Below are positions 55,455 through 64,000 of a stretch of 64,000 nt of DNA, in pieces. Position numbers and translations under genes: made by a program. Every line of letters starts with the position of its first letter. Positions within the stretch are counted from its first letter, which is position 1. This stretch comes from Escherichia phage YX22. The stretch lies in the sequence record OR776998, one strand, 5' to 3'. Under the pieces are notes generated by a model. The model did no database searches. It was not told the DNA's origin and saw only the letters and a list, made by a program, of their open reading frames with translations.

Positions 55455-56230
55455 ACAACCTGGTTTGTATCTATGATATGAAATCAAAGGTCGGTGGTCT
55501 GTATCGCGTCCTCGTGGATGTTGACCTGACGTTGGTCGACAGCCTCTCCCCTTGGGTGCAGTGGTTCAATGAAGAGAACATCGCCGCCGCTGCTATCGCT
55601 ACGGGGGAACATAAGTCATACCAGTTCCAGCCGATTACTAAAGAGTGTTATATGTCCCATGCTGGCGACCTGGCTATTCTGATGCGTGAACGTGCGCATC
55701 CGGCGTGGCTATACCATGAAGTCCAATTGGGGATGCACAAACAACGTGTGCCAAGCGGTAACGATCCTATGGACTGGTGGCGTCGCCCTGACTTGTACGC
55801 CAAGATGAACCCGCTCCCCGGCGCTTACGAGTTCCTGGTAAATCTGAAGGATATCTTGCTTGAAGATTTCGACAATGTTGAATTCATCGCGGTGTCGAAG
55901 TGCGAGCCGGAACACGAGCGCAGCAAGCGCCAGTTTGTCTATGACAAGTTCCCTGGTATCTTCAACGGGTTTGTCAGCACCGACGAAAAGCATCTGCTGG
56001 CTGGCGATGTCCTGATTGATGACAATCCGAAGTATGTCGAGCCATGCGGCCTGAACAACATCTTTGTCATCTTTGTTCCTCAGGGCAATTATGAAAAACT
56101 GGATCTTTCGAACTCGGAAGATATGCTTTATATTAAACCAGTAGAAGGCCAGAACCACTTCGACTTCCTGAATCACAATATTATTGAAGTGGTCAATCGC
56201 CTGATTAGTCATTATCAATACGTCCGATAG
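55451..56230 (+). CDS. HAD-superfamily phosphatase (nucleotidase candidate)
   Basis: Motif I VDVDLTLVD (DxDxT), later FIAVSK and GDVLIDDNPK. Confidence 0.5.
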   Translation: MNNLVCIYDMKSKVGGLYRVLVDVDLTLVDSLSPWVQWFNEENIAAAAIATGEHKSYQFQPITKECYMSHAGDLAILMRERAHPAWLYHEVQLGMHKQRVPSGNDPMDWWRRPDLYAKMNPLPGAYEFLVNLKDILLEDFDNVEFIAVSKCEPEHERSKRQFVYDKFPGIFNGFVSTDEKHLLAGDVLIDDNPKYVEPCGLNNIFVIFVPQGNYEKLDLSNSEDMLYIKPVEGQNHFDFLNHNIIEVVNRLISHYQYVR

Positions 56231-56239
56231 GAGGACATC

Positions 56240-56545
56240 GTGCAAGAACAATCCAAGTTTGGGGAAACCCCAGACAAGCGTTCCGGTGATAGCGACATGG
56301 ATAGCGTGATTAACCATGTGAACAACTTCATTCGTCAGCAGGAGACTCCAACTCCTATCGGTGCAGCCAAGGCTCTTCATGATGTACTGGTGAAGATCGG
56401 CCAGCGCTCTGAAGCGGATGAAATCTTCTATAACTTTGAAGACCAGTATAAAGTGAAGTTTGAAGAAAACGGTCGTCCGCAGGTTGCTGTGTTCTGGGCA
56501 CCTTGGCTGGGCGGCGTGAGCTGGCGTATTGAGGATGCTGTGTGA
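56240..56545 (+). CDS. hypothetical protein
   Basis: 101 aa ORF, overlaps next gene start. Confidence 0.5.
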   Translation: MQEQSKFGETPDKRSGDSDMDSVINHVNNFIRQQETPTPIGAAKALHDVLVKIGQRSEADEIFYNFEDQYKVKFEENGRPQVAVFWAPWLGGVSWRIEDAV

Positions 56546-58143
56546 TGTCTCGCTACCATTACACATATAGGATAACCCATGTCCCAACTGGTAGATTCTA
56601 CGTCGGGATTCGGTCTTGTTCATGCACCCCCGAACAAGATCCCTATATGGGTTCTGGTGTGATCATCAAAAGGTTGTTGGAATCTCACCCCGCTTCTGAA
56701 TTCTTAAAGACGATAATAGAAAAGTTTGAAACCAGGTTGGAAGCATCCGACCTGGAGTCTATTATTGTTACGGAAGAGTTACTGTTGGACCCATTATGCC
56801 TGAACCTGAAATTGGGAGGAGACAATTCTATCATCCCAAACCAATTTAAGGCGGCGTTGGCTAGGACTGGCAAGAAATACAAATCTGGTATAAATCCTTG
56901 GGATGATCCAGAATACCGGGAACGTGTAATAAAATCAATAAAGGAGAACAGGGGTAATTCTCCCTACCCATTCATGGTTTCAAATGGTTATTGGTGGGTT
57001 TGGAAGGACGCCTGTAGGATCTATGATAGATGGGTGAACAACGGTGGTACTGTGAATCCTACCTGTATGCCAAAACGAGGATGTGGTTACAAATCTATCG
57101 GATTGTGGTATTCTAAACTACTGGACACAGAGTATCGTAATCTAAAGGGCGATGAGAGCGTCTTTCGTAATATGATCGCCATGTTTAAAGATGGTTGGAT
57201 TCCCAAAGAGGACAAACGTTTTATGACTATGATAAATTCTAGCGTGACGCCGGGTATTGTCGTTATTCGCGGGACAAGTGGAACGGGAAAGGGGACTCGT
57301 GTCGTTCAATTCCTTGAGTGGTTGAGAACCAAATATGAGCCAGAACTCATAGAATACGAATTCGACAAGAAGATGATCCAGGTTGGGTTTTGGTTCAAGG
57401 AAATCAATCTGGTGTTCATCGGCAAGTATACAGTGTCCAACAAATCAGGTCTAGCATCATGGACTTCCATGGATTTCATACACTCCACTCTCAAGTCTTC
57501 TGAGATGGCCAATTCGTTGTTGAAGTATCTCAAAATAAAGTTCAAAGATGCAACTATCATCTTGGAGGGGGAACCTATGATGCAGAGCCATCGTTGGCGT
57601 CCCGAGTTCGTACACCAGGACTTGGGGTTCAACAACATGGCATTCATCTCCTTTATTTACCAAGCGCGGGAAGATTACGACAAACGTATCATCGGTCGTT
57701 CTGGTAAGGCGGCGAAGGACACTGGCTGGGGAAGAAATGAACAATACACCAAGGATCACGTCAAGATCATGGGTGAGTACGCTTCCATCGGATACGAACT
57801 TGAACCAGACTCTCAGAATGAGTTGTTCATTGCAAAGGCAGCGAATGAAAATGGTGTAAAGGCAGTTGGTTGGAATATACTGAAATTCTTCGATGCCCCT
57901 CTCCACTTTATTGGTAGTTTTATTATAGATTTTGTTGGATTGAGAGGGTTGTCCAAAGAAGAGTTTCAAAAATATTGCGACACCACACCAATGTTGCGCA
58001 AGATTAAGGGTAGCAACCCTTTGGCGCACAGAGTCCCTGAGAAGCCGCAGAAGGCATCCAAAACTAAAACCAAGGCGAGCGCCCAGCCAGAAGCAACGAA
58101 GGCAGCGTCGCGCTCTCTCCTTGACCTGATGAAGAAGGGGTGA
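56542..58143 (+). CDS. GIY-YIG endonuclease domain in frame with a P-loop NMP-kinase-like domain (fusion, or two genes with kinase start near 57223)
   Basis: N-terminus YHYTYRITHVPTGRFYVGI..YMGSG; downstream GTSGTGKGT Walker A; internal ATG 57223 preceded by AGAGGA. Confidence 0.55.
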   Translation: MMSRYHYTYRITHVPTGRFYVGIRSCSCTPEQDPYMGSGVIIKRLLESHPASEFLKTIIEKFETRLEASDLESIIVTEELLLDPLCLNLKLGGDNSIIPNQFKAALARTGKKYKSGINPWDDPEYRERVIKSIKENRGNSPYPFMVSNGYWWVWKDACRIYDRWVNNGGTVNPTCMPKRGCGYKSIGLWYSKLLDTEYRNLKGDESVFRNMIAMFKDGWIPKEDKRFMTMINSSVTPGIVVIRGTSGTGKGTRVVQFLEWLRTKYEPELIEYEFDKKMIQVGFWFKEINLVFIGKYTVSNKSGLASWTSMDFIHSTLKSSEMANSLLKYLKIKFKDATIILEGEPMMQSHRWRPEFVHQDLGFNNMAFISFIYQAREDYDKRIIGRSGKAAKDTGWGRNEQYTKDHVKIMGEYASIGYELEPDSQNELFIAKAANENGVKAVGWNILKFFDAPLHFIGSFIIDFVGLRGLSKEEFQKYCDTTPMLRKIKGSNPLAHRVPEKPQKASKTKTKASAQPEATKAASRSLLDLMKKG

Positions 58144-58343
58144 TCATGAAACGGTTGTCTAATTATCTGTTGTTCATTGGTCTGGTTATGGCAGCCGTTT
58201 CAATGTGTACTGCCCTAGCCTATCATTTCACCCCTCTGGACTTAACAACCTCAGAGAAGTTGAACGTGACTGTGATGTACTGTATTGGCGCGGTGATGTC
58301 TATCGGCGCTGCTGGTTACAAAATATTCAAGGAACCAAAATGA
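58140..58343 (+). CDS. small two-helix membrane protein
   Basis: 67 aa, GAAGGGG SD, overlaps neighbours. Confidence 0.45.
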   Translation: MIMKRLSNYLLFIGLVMAAVSMCTALAYHFTPLDLTTSEKLNVTVMYCIGAVMSIGAAGYKIFKEPK

Positions 58344-58717
58344 AAATTCAAATCCCTCGCGATGCTGTGGCTGTTGCGATTGACTACACCGGAAACGCCA
58401 AGCACATTACTGCCGTGCGCCTGATTCCTGAAAAGAACTGCGTCATCCCTCAGTTCCAGCTGAATGCTAATCCGTCGTCCAAAGACTTCGGCAAGTGGTT
58501 GCAGGCTGCTCCGTTCCGTACCCAGACGAATGCTCAGATGTTCATCTCGGGTAAGACCCAAACTGCAGCCCGTCTGTGGTTCGTGACCGCTGACCGTCGC
58601 TTTGTCGATATGTGGGAACGTCCGATGGGGTTCGTGAAGCCGGAAGATATTCAGCTGGATCCTGAGCCTGAAGCTGTGGCTCCTGAAGAGGAAGCGAAAG
58701 ATGCATCATTTATCTAA
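58340..58717 (+). CDS. hypothetical protein
   Basis: 125 aa from ATG 58340 with AAGGAACC SD. Confidence 0.5.
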   Translation: MKIQIPRDAVAVAIDYTGNAKHITAVRLIPEKNCVIPQFQLNANPSSKDFGKWLQAAPFRTQTNAQMFISGKTQTAARLWFVTADRRFVDMWERPMGFVKPEDIQLDPEPEAVAPEEEAKDASFI

Positions 58718-59936
58718 AATGCCGACGGGCTATACGCCTCCGGCTGAATGGAAGTACCCGATTGACCTGGCTGTTGATTATCGCAAGCCTGAGAATCGCA
58801 TGTACCTGCTCAAGGCTTGGGTGGAGGCGCTGTCCTACACAGAAGAGCACAACCAGCAGATGCGTCTGATGGACTATGCGATCGAAGTCACTGAAGGCAT
58901 CAGCCTCGAACAGAAAGTCGAGCGCAAGATCTGGATGGCATTCCTGTGGGGTTGTTGCTATAACGCTGTCGGACCGTGGACAATCTACAGTGAGTTCCCT
59001 GTACCACCCCAGTCCAAAGAAGAGATGCAGCGCTTCTCAGACTGGTACAACCTGAACTTTGAACGCATGCGATTCGATACCGACTGTCGCTACCGCAAGT
59101 CCAAGATGATTCCGTGTGTTCAGTCCTATATTGACTGGCTGGCTGGCCGTACTCAATATGACGCTTTCCGTGGGATGTTGGTGTGCATCGATAAGACAGA
59201 ACAATTCACCCAGCTGTGGGACACGGCGATGTCCTGGAAATACTTCGGTCGCCTGAGCGCCTGGAACTTCCTGGAAGCCCTGAACATGGTCTTCGGGAAC
59301 GAATACACCATTGACGTCCCTGGGTTCATGTTGCGTGACCGTGATGGAAGCGAGTCCAACCGTAATGGCGCGGCGTTCTTGTCCAACCGTGACGATTGGG
59401 TGACTAAACACGGGAAGAAAAAGATCAACGGTTGTCCTATCACGGATGAAGAGTGTGACATCCTTGAGGCCGACCTTGAGCAGGCGTTCCAGGATTGTGT
59501 GGCTGAGTTCGGGCACCTGACGTTCATCAACCGCCTGAACTTTGAAACCTCCGGTGCTTGTTGGCTGAAGAAATTCTTCCGACTGAAGAATACCCGTTAC
59601 ATCGGGTGGGACGCAGAGCGTACCTGGGATGAGATAGACTACATGGAACGCGTCTGGCCTGAATACTCCTGCGCAGCGCTCTGGGAAGCCCGTTCTCTCT
59701 GGCTGCCAGATACCCTGTTGTGTGAAAAGGCTCCTGCAGGGCACGTTCCAGGCGTCCAGAAGTGGAAGATGCCTGTGTTCTTTGAGACTGGTGTTCCTCT
59801 GCATATCTGGCACCTGCAAAGGGGTACGCGCTGGGAACCGTCCGAGGTATGTACGAACCTGAAGATGCCTGTGCGCAAGGTTGAGGACAAGCCGAAGTCC
59901 AGCAGCGTCAACCTCATGACACTCTTGAAACGCTGA
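58701..59936 (+). CDS. hypothetical 411-aa protein (DNA-modification enzyme candidate by context only)
   Basis: Long ORF overlapping upstream gene; Trp/Cys-rich; no motif recognised. Confidence 0.5.
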   Translation: MHHLSKMPTGYTPPAEWKYPIDLAVDYRKPENRMYLLKAWVEALSYTEEHNQQMRLMDYAIEVTEGISLEQKVERKIWMAFLWGCCYNAVGPWTIYSEFPVPPQSKEEMQRFSDWYNLNFERMRFDTDCRYRKSKMIPCVQSYIDWLAGRTQYDAFRGMLVCIDKTEQFTQLWDTAMSWKYFGRLSAWNFLEALNMVFGNEYTIDVPGFMLRDRDGSESNRNGAAFLSNRDDWVTKHGKKKINGCPITDEECDILEADLEQAFQDCVAEFGHLTFINRLNFETSGACWLKKFFRLKNTRYIGWDAERTWDEIDYMERVWPEYSCAALWEARSLWLPDTLLCEKAPAGHVPGVQKWKMPVFFETGVPLHIWHLQRGTRWEPSEVCTNLKMPVRKVEDKPKSSSVNLMTLLKR

Positions 59937-59972
59937 TATAAATATCCTCGCCTATAAAGCGAGGATATTATC

Positions 59973-60140
59973 ATGTTACAAGATCTGCTGGTTTATGCGC
60001 TTCCTGGCGCGGTTGTCGGCTTCATCGCTGGTGCTCTGGTCTTCCGTAAACACGCGCAAGATGGTGAAGTGATTGTTCAGAAAGGCAAAGAGATTCTGGA
60101 CCAGATCGAAGCCAAACTGGAAGAGCTGAAGAAAAAGTAA
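59973..60140 (+). CDS. small single-pass membrane protein (55 aa), absent from ORF track
   Basis: GAGGA SD lies inside the 3' arm of a 10-bp hairpin; LLVYALPGAVVGFIAGALVF helix. Confidence 0.4.
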   Translation: MLQDLLVYALPGAVVGFIAGALVFRKHAQDGEVIVQKGKEILDQIEAKLEELKKK

Positions 60141-60159
60141 TCTGACTGGGGTTGCTTCC

Positions 60160-60207
60160 TTCAATAAAGGGGAATGGGTTATTATTAGCCCGTTCCCCTT
60201 TCTTTTT
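60160..60207 (+). promoter_or_regulatory. box-type promoter P3 overlapping an intrinsic terminator
   Basis: TTCAATAA AGGGGAATGGGT TATTAT TAGCCCGTTCCCC TTTCTTTTT. Confidence 0.5.
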
Positions 60208-60308
60208 GCAAGAATATACATCATGGCAATGCAACGAATTGAAGATATGTCTCTACTCAACATGGAAGCGACTTTTGGCGCTTCCGTTATCGTCATGGGA
60301 GAATCCAA

Positions 60309-60527
60309 ATGATCAAGAATACCCGAACAATGAAGCGCGCAATCGCTCACTGTGTCCATTCAGTGGCAACTATTATGTTCCGCCACCACATCACATTTGA
60401 TGAAGCACTGGACCCACAGTACCATGAAGAGCGTTGGGATTTGTTGTTAAAGAACGGTGCCAATCCTGAGCATAAAGATCAACTCCTTGGGATGACCAAG
60501 GCGCAGCTCGTCGGTGAATCCAAATGA
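60309..60527 (+). CDS. hypothetical small protein
   Basis: 72 aa, GGGAGAA SD. Confidence 0.45.
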   Translation: MIKNTRTMKRAIAHCVHSVATIMFRHHITFDEALDPQYHEERWDLLLKNGANPEHKDQLLGMTKAQLVGESK

Positions 60528-61636
60528 TCTACCTCCTGTTTGGTGTGCCATTGGTACTGGCTATCCTGTTTGTGATCTACCACCGCAAGACCCATGAGCC
60601 GAAAGAGACTCTGATAGCGACCGCGATTGTAGTGGTGCTATCCTGTCTGATTCAGGCGGGGACTTATGCTGCGTTCTCCCTTGGCAGTTCAGGGGATGTT
60701 GAGATCCTGAACGGGTACGTCACTGCAAAGGAGCGGAATGAGGTGAGCTGTGAGCATTCATATGAATGCAACTGTTACTACACCACATCGTGCTCCGGCT
60801 CCGGCAGCAGCAAGTCCTGTACCCGCACTCGCCATTGCAGTACATGTTATGAGCATTCATATGACGTGGACTGGGATGTGTTGACGACTGTCGGTAATCT
60901 GACGATTGACCGCATTGATCGTCGCGGCCTTGGTCAGCCCCCGCGCTGGGCGCAGGTTCAGATCGGCGAACCCGCAGCCCGTGAGCATTCCTACATGAAC
61001 TATGTGCTGGGTAACAAGGACTCTCTGTTCTCTCGTTCAGACCAGCAGTTTGCTGAGCGCTTCAAAGACAAGATTCCGAAGTATCCCGAAGTCTATGACT
61101 ACTATCGCGTCACTCGTGTACTGAATGTGTCTGGTCTGGCGTTACCGACCACATACTGGAACGATTATCTGAACAATACTCTGAAAACATTAGGTGCTTC
61201 ACGTCAGGTCAATATCGTCTGGGTTGTGACATCCGGTCAGCCAGTTGAATACTTCCAGGGCTTGGTCTATGCTTGGGATGGTGGTAAAAAGAACGACGTT
61301 ATCGTCGTGACCGACATCAGCAAAGATCTGAAGATCAACTGGGGTAAGAGCACTTCGTTCGCTGATGGTATGCATAACCGTGAACTCCATTCTCGTAATG
61401 GCATGGCTCTCACAGGTCACGACATGGGCGTCGGTGTCATGGCTGATGTTGTCGCTAACATCACCAAAGGCTACAACCGCGTTGAGATGAAGGAAATGGA
61501 GTACCTGAAGTGGCGGGAACTCAAGACCTGGGAAGTTGTGGTTGTTGTTCTGCTGGGCTGCTTACCATTCACCGCAATTTTCATATTGCAGCGAATGGAG
61601 TACAATGGTGGTCGTCGTTATCCGTTTAATTTTTAA
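60524..61636 (+). CDS. Cys-rich membrane protein
   Basis: 370 aa; N-terminal and C-terminal hydrophobic helices; CEHSYECNCYY..CSTCYEHSYD cluster. Confidence 0.55.
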   Translation: MIYLLFGVPLVLAILFVIYHRKTHEPKETLIATAIVVVLSCLIQAGTYAAFSLGSSGDVEILNGYVTAKERNEVSCEHSYECNCYYTTSCSGSGSSKSCTRTRHCSTCYEHSYDVDWDVLTTVGNLTIDRIDRRGLGQPPRWAQVQIGEPAAREHSYMNYVLGNKDSLFSRSDQQFAERFKDKIPKYPEVYDYYRVTRVLNVSGLALPTTYWNDYLNNTLKTLGASRQVNIVWVVTSGQPVEYFQGLVYAWDGGKKNDVIVVTDISKDLKINWGKSTSFADGMHNRELHSRNGMALTGHDMGVGVMADVVANITKGYNRVEMKEMEYLKWRELKTWEVVVVVLLGCLPFTAIFILQRMEYNGGRRYPFNF

Positions 61637-61654
61637 TCAAAAGAGGAAGTAAGA

Positions 61655-62224
61655 ATGTCTCAATCTAAGGGTATTGCAACAGGTTGGATAGTTGGTTTGG
61701 CTTTGCTGGGTGTAGTGATTCTCGGCATCGGTACAGTCATCAGCTACTTCAACGACTTCAACCGCACTGAGCAGCAGGTCAAGAAGTTCAACAAAGACTC
61801 CGAGAACTACCTGAGCAACTACACGCTCAAAGTTCAAGAGACGGCGCAGATTCCTGACATGTATAAAGACGGCCTGAAGGAAGTGATCAAAGGCACGTTC
61901 GAAGGACGTTATGGCGCTGATGGTTCCAAGGCCGTCATGCAGTGGATCCAAGAGCAGAATATTCAGTTCGATTCCAGCCTGTACAAAGAGATCCAGGTGG
62001 TGATCAGTTCTGGGCGTGATGAATTCCGCATCAGCCAGACCAAGAAGCTGGATATCTGCACAATATACGAAACCAAGCTGGCTCAGTTCCCTGGTTCGTT
62101 GATTGCTGGCATGTTCGGCTACCCGCGTATCGACCTTGACAAGACCTGTCAGGTGGTGAGTGATACCCGTACCCAGGCCGCGTTCGACGCTGGTATTCAG
62201 AAACCGATTAACTTCAAAGGCTGA
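61655..62224 (+). CDS. membrane-anchored protein
   Basis: 189 aa with N-terminal TM helix. Confidence 0.5.
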   Translation: MSQSKGIATGWIVGLALLGVVILGIGTVISYFNDFNRTEQQVKKFNKDSENYLSNYTLKVQETAQIPDMYKDGLKEVIKGTFEGRYGADGSKAVMQWIQEQNIQFDSSLYKEIQVVISSGRDEFRISQTKKLDICTIYETKLAQFPGSLIAGMFGYPRIDLDKTCQVVSDTRTQAAFDAGIQKPINFKG

Positions 62225-62228
62225 TGTC

Positions 62229-62642
62229 ATGAGCGTGAAACTCACTGAATCCCTGACACTGGACCAACAGCAGGCTCTGTTGGATGAAGTAGTGATCTCT
62301 GCTATCAAGCAAGGGATTATCAAAGACGACTTGTTGATTGACCGCCCCGAGATGATCCATCATCTGGTGGTGTGCCTGGGTGAGGCCAGCAACCCTCGCA
62401 AGAAGATCGTGCTGTTTACTGATGGTGTGATCCTTCCGAGCGGGAAATGTGCGTTCTTGGATGTGGTTGAACATCCGAACACGAAAGGCAAAGAGGTCAA
62501 GACTTCTGTTCCGGTGACTCCATACACCGAGGGTGTTGACCAGCTGTCTTGGTTTGAGACAATCAACACCATTTATGTGATGACACCGGACGGTAAACCA
62601 GTTCGGGATCTACGAGGCGGCAAAGTAGAATCTGAAGACTAA
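62229..62642 (+). CDS. hypothetical protein
   Basis: 137 aa from ATG 62229 with AAAGG SD. Confidence 0.5.
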   Translation: MSVKLTESLTLDQQQALLDEVVISAIKQGIIKDDLLIDRPEMIHHLVVCLGEASNPRKKIVLFTDGVILPSGKCAFLDVVEHPNTKGKEVKTSVPVTPYTEGVDQLSWFETINTIYVMTPDGKPVRDLRGGKVESED

Positions 62643-62648
62643 TCGTTC

Positions 62649-62690
62649 TTCAATAAAAGGGGATAGGGTATTATTGCTCTATCCCCTTTT
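62649..62690 (+). promoter_or_regulatory. box-type promoter P4 overlapping an intrinsic terminator
   Basis: TTCAATAA AAGGGGATAGGG TATTAT TGCTCTATCCCC TTTT. Confidence 0.5.
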
Positions 62691-62753
62691 CATGGACAGG
62701 AACATGACAGACAAGCCAAGAAAGATGAAGAACAAACGCCGGAGCAAACGCTG

Positions 62754-63209
62754 ATGACTACCAAACCAACTTATGAAGAACTGGCACAGACCGTTCTGAC
62801 CTTTGACAGCACCCTGAAGAATCTTTACAAGGTGCTGGGAAATAACCCGACTTCAGAGTCAGGAGAAACAGTTAATCTTCTGTTACTGATGAACCCTCTG
62901 TGGGATATTGATGCCACTGTTGCTGCCCTGAAAGATCCTGAGGCACAGGAGCCGGAGCCAACCCCTGTATCCACTGGGATTCAGAAATACCTGGAGAACT
63001 TTGACGAGTACTCCTTCACCGATCTGCTCCTGCGTGATATGATCAACGCAGAACGCCGTCGCCAGGGGAAGAACTGTCCTGTGGTCCAGTCTGATGAAGA
63101 AATCGAGCAGAGTGTTCGAGAAGATCTGAACAACACCTACTCGCCGATCGATCTGGCTGTAATGATTGTTCAGGCGCTGTCCTATGCTGCCAAGGGGGAA
63201 ACGAAATGA
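62754..63209 (+). CDS. hypothetical protein
   Basis: 151 aa, GGAGCA SD, box-type promoter P4 upstream. Confidence 0.5.
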   Translation: MTTKPTYEELAQTVLTFDSTLKNLYKVLGNNPTSESGETVNLLLLMNPLWDIDATVAALKDPEAQEPEPTPVSTGIQKYLENFDEYSFTDLLLRDMINAERRRQGKNCPVVQSDEEIEQSVREDLNNTYSPIDLAVMIVQALSYAAKGETK

Positions 63210-63406
63210 AGAAATCATCTGCGGCTGTTGCTGCTATGCTAGCGCTGTCAGAAATGGAAATCGTCGCCGCGCATCGTGGTGATGACATGTGGGGGCGTCG
63301 TTACACTCAGGGTGGCACACCCGGCGAACCGGGACATGGTCGCCCGTCTGTAACCCGCAAGAAGAAGGCGAAGACCAATGGAAAGAACAAGCGCAAACGT
63401 AAGTGA
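63206..63406 (+). CDS. hypothetical small protein with Lys/Arg-rich tail
   Basis: 66 aa, overlapping start. Confidence 0.45.
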   Translation: MKKSSAAVAAMLALSEMEIVAAHRGDDMWGRRYTQGGTPGEPGHGRPSVTRKKKAKTNGKNKRKRK

Positions 63407-63465
63407 GGAGTGCCTGAAGGATCTTTCTGCAGGCACTCCAAAGTTGGCCAGATCATGGGTGATGT

Positions 63466-63894
63466 TTGATGACCGACGAGATAATCTTCCTTCGAGCAGA
63501 GGTCGCTCGATTAAGTAAAACCGAACCCAAAAGTAGAGGATATGTTATGAGTTCTATTGAACAGCTGATCACCCCACAGTATGTGTACTCCAACATTGTT
63601 GAGCACCTGCGCTCACAGTTGAACGTGGGAACCCTGAGCAGCACTGACCTGAAAGATCTACAAATCGTTGAAGTCGAAGTGGCGGCCTTTGGTTCTCGCT
63701 ATCACTTCAATGTGGAATACACGCGTGTAGAAGAGCAGCAGTCCTCTATCATCGCGCTGGCTACTCCAGTCAACCCACGCAAAGAGCCTGTGTCGGTCAC
63801 TCGCACCATCATCGGCTATCTGGAAGAGAAGTTGGAACCTGGTGCCCAGCGCCCAACATTCGACTTCCAGGCGCGATTTGCCACCGAAGATTGA
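63466..63894 (+). CDS. hypothetical protein
   Basis: 142 aa ORF followed by strong terminator; start may be ATG near 63547. Confidence 0.45.
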   Translation: MMTDEIIFLRAEVARLSKTEPKSRGYVMSSIEQLITPQYVYSNIVEHLRSQLNVGTLSSTDLKDLQIVEVEVAAFGSRYHFNVEYTRVEEQQSSIIALATPVNPRKEPVSVTRTIIGYLEEKLEPGAQRPTFDFQARFATED

Positions 63895-63902
63895 TCTGAA
63901 CA

Positions 63903-63926
63903 AAGCCCTCAGTCGAGGGCTTTTTC
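63903..63926 (+). terminator. terminator after gene 63466..63894
   Basis: GCCCTC-AGTC-GAGGGC then TTTTT. Confidence 0.65.
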
Positions 63927-64000
63927 AATTGAAGACACCCACCGTATTATACCCACTCAACCAATATGTTTCCCTTTGACATTGATAGGATTTCTATACT

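Noticed and set aside
59037-60359. Minus-strand ORFs 59037..59819, 59153..59530, 59639..59974, 59976..60359
   Set aside because: Antisense to well-supported plus-strand genes with SDs; no start signals.
1-64000. CRISPR array, integrase/attachment site, or toxin-antitoxin pair
   Set aside because: No spacer-repeat array, no tyrosine or serine recombinase-like ORF, and no compact two-gene module of that type was seen.

Overview
This 64 kb window reads as part of a large T4-related myovirus genome, and the four consecutive tailspike genes suggest a Vi1/CBA120-like (Ackermannviridae-type) phage; that family placement is inference from memory, not a database hit. Positions 1-43.7 kb are a minus-strand late block: UvsW/UvsY recombination genes, a run of small genes, then the T4-order morphogenesis module (gp23, gp22, gp21, portal gp20, tube gp19, sheath gp18, terminase gp17/gp16, neck gp15/14/13), a 1612-aa virion protein, four tailspikes, a repeat-containing tail fibre and baseplate wedge gp6. 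Positions 44.8-47.5 kb are an ORF-poor RNA region with two clear tRNAs (Met-CAU, Ser-GCU). From 47.6 kb onward is a mostly plus-strand early/middle region with a family-B DNA polymerase and a candidate DNA-modification cluster (PLP enzyme, HAD phosphatase, P-loop kinase). Three promoter-like motif classes recur. No single obviously new multi-gene system stands out; the most unusual items are an intein splitting the terminase Walker A motif, intergenic hairpins that look like terminator and promoter at once, a duplicated antisense micro-ORF between tailspike genes, and a homing-endonuclease domain fused in frame to a kinase. Gene starts were refined by codon arithmetic from the ORF track; motif, hairpin and tRNA coordinates were read by eye and may be off by 1-2 nt. 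All homology calls are from recalled motifs and T4 protein sequences; nothing was searched.
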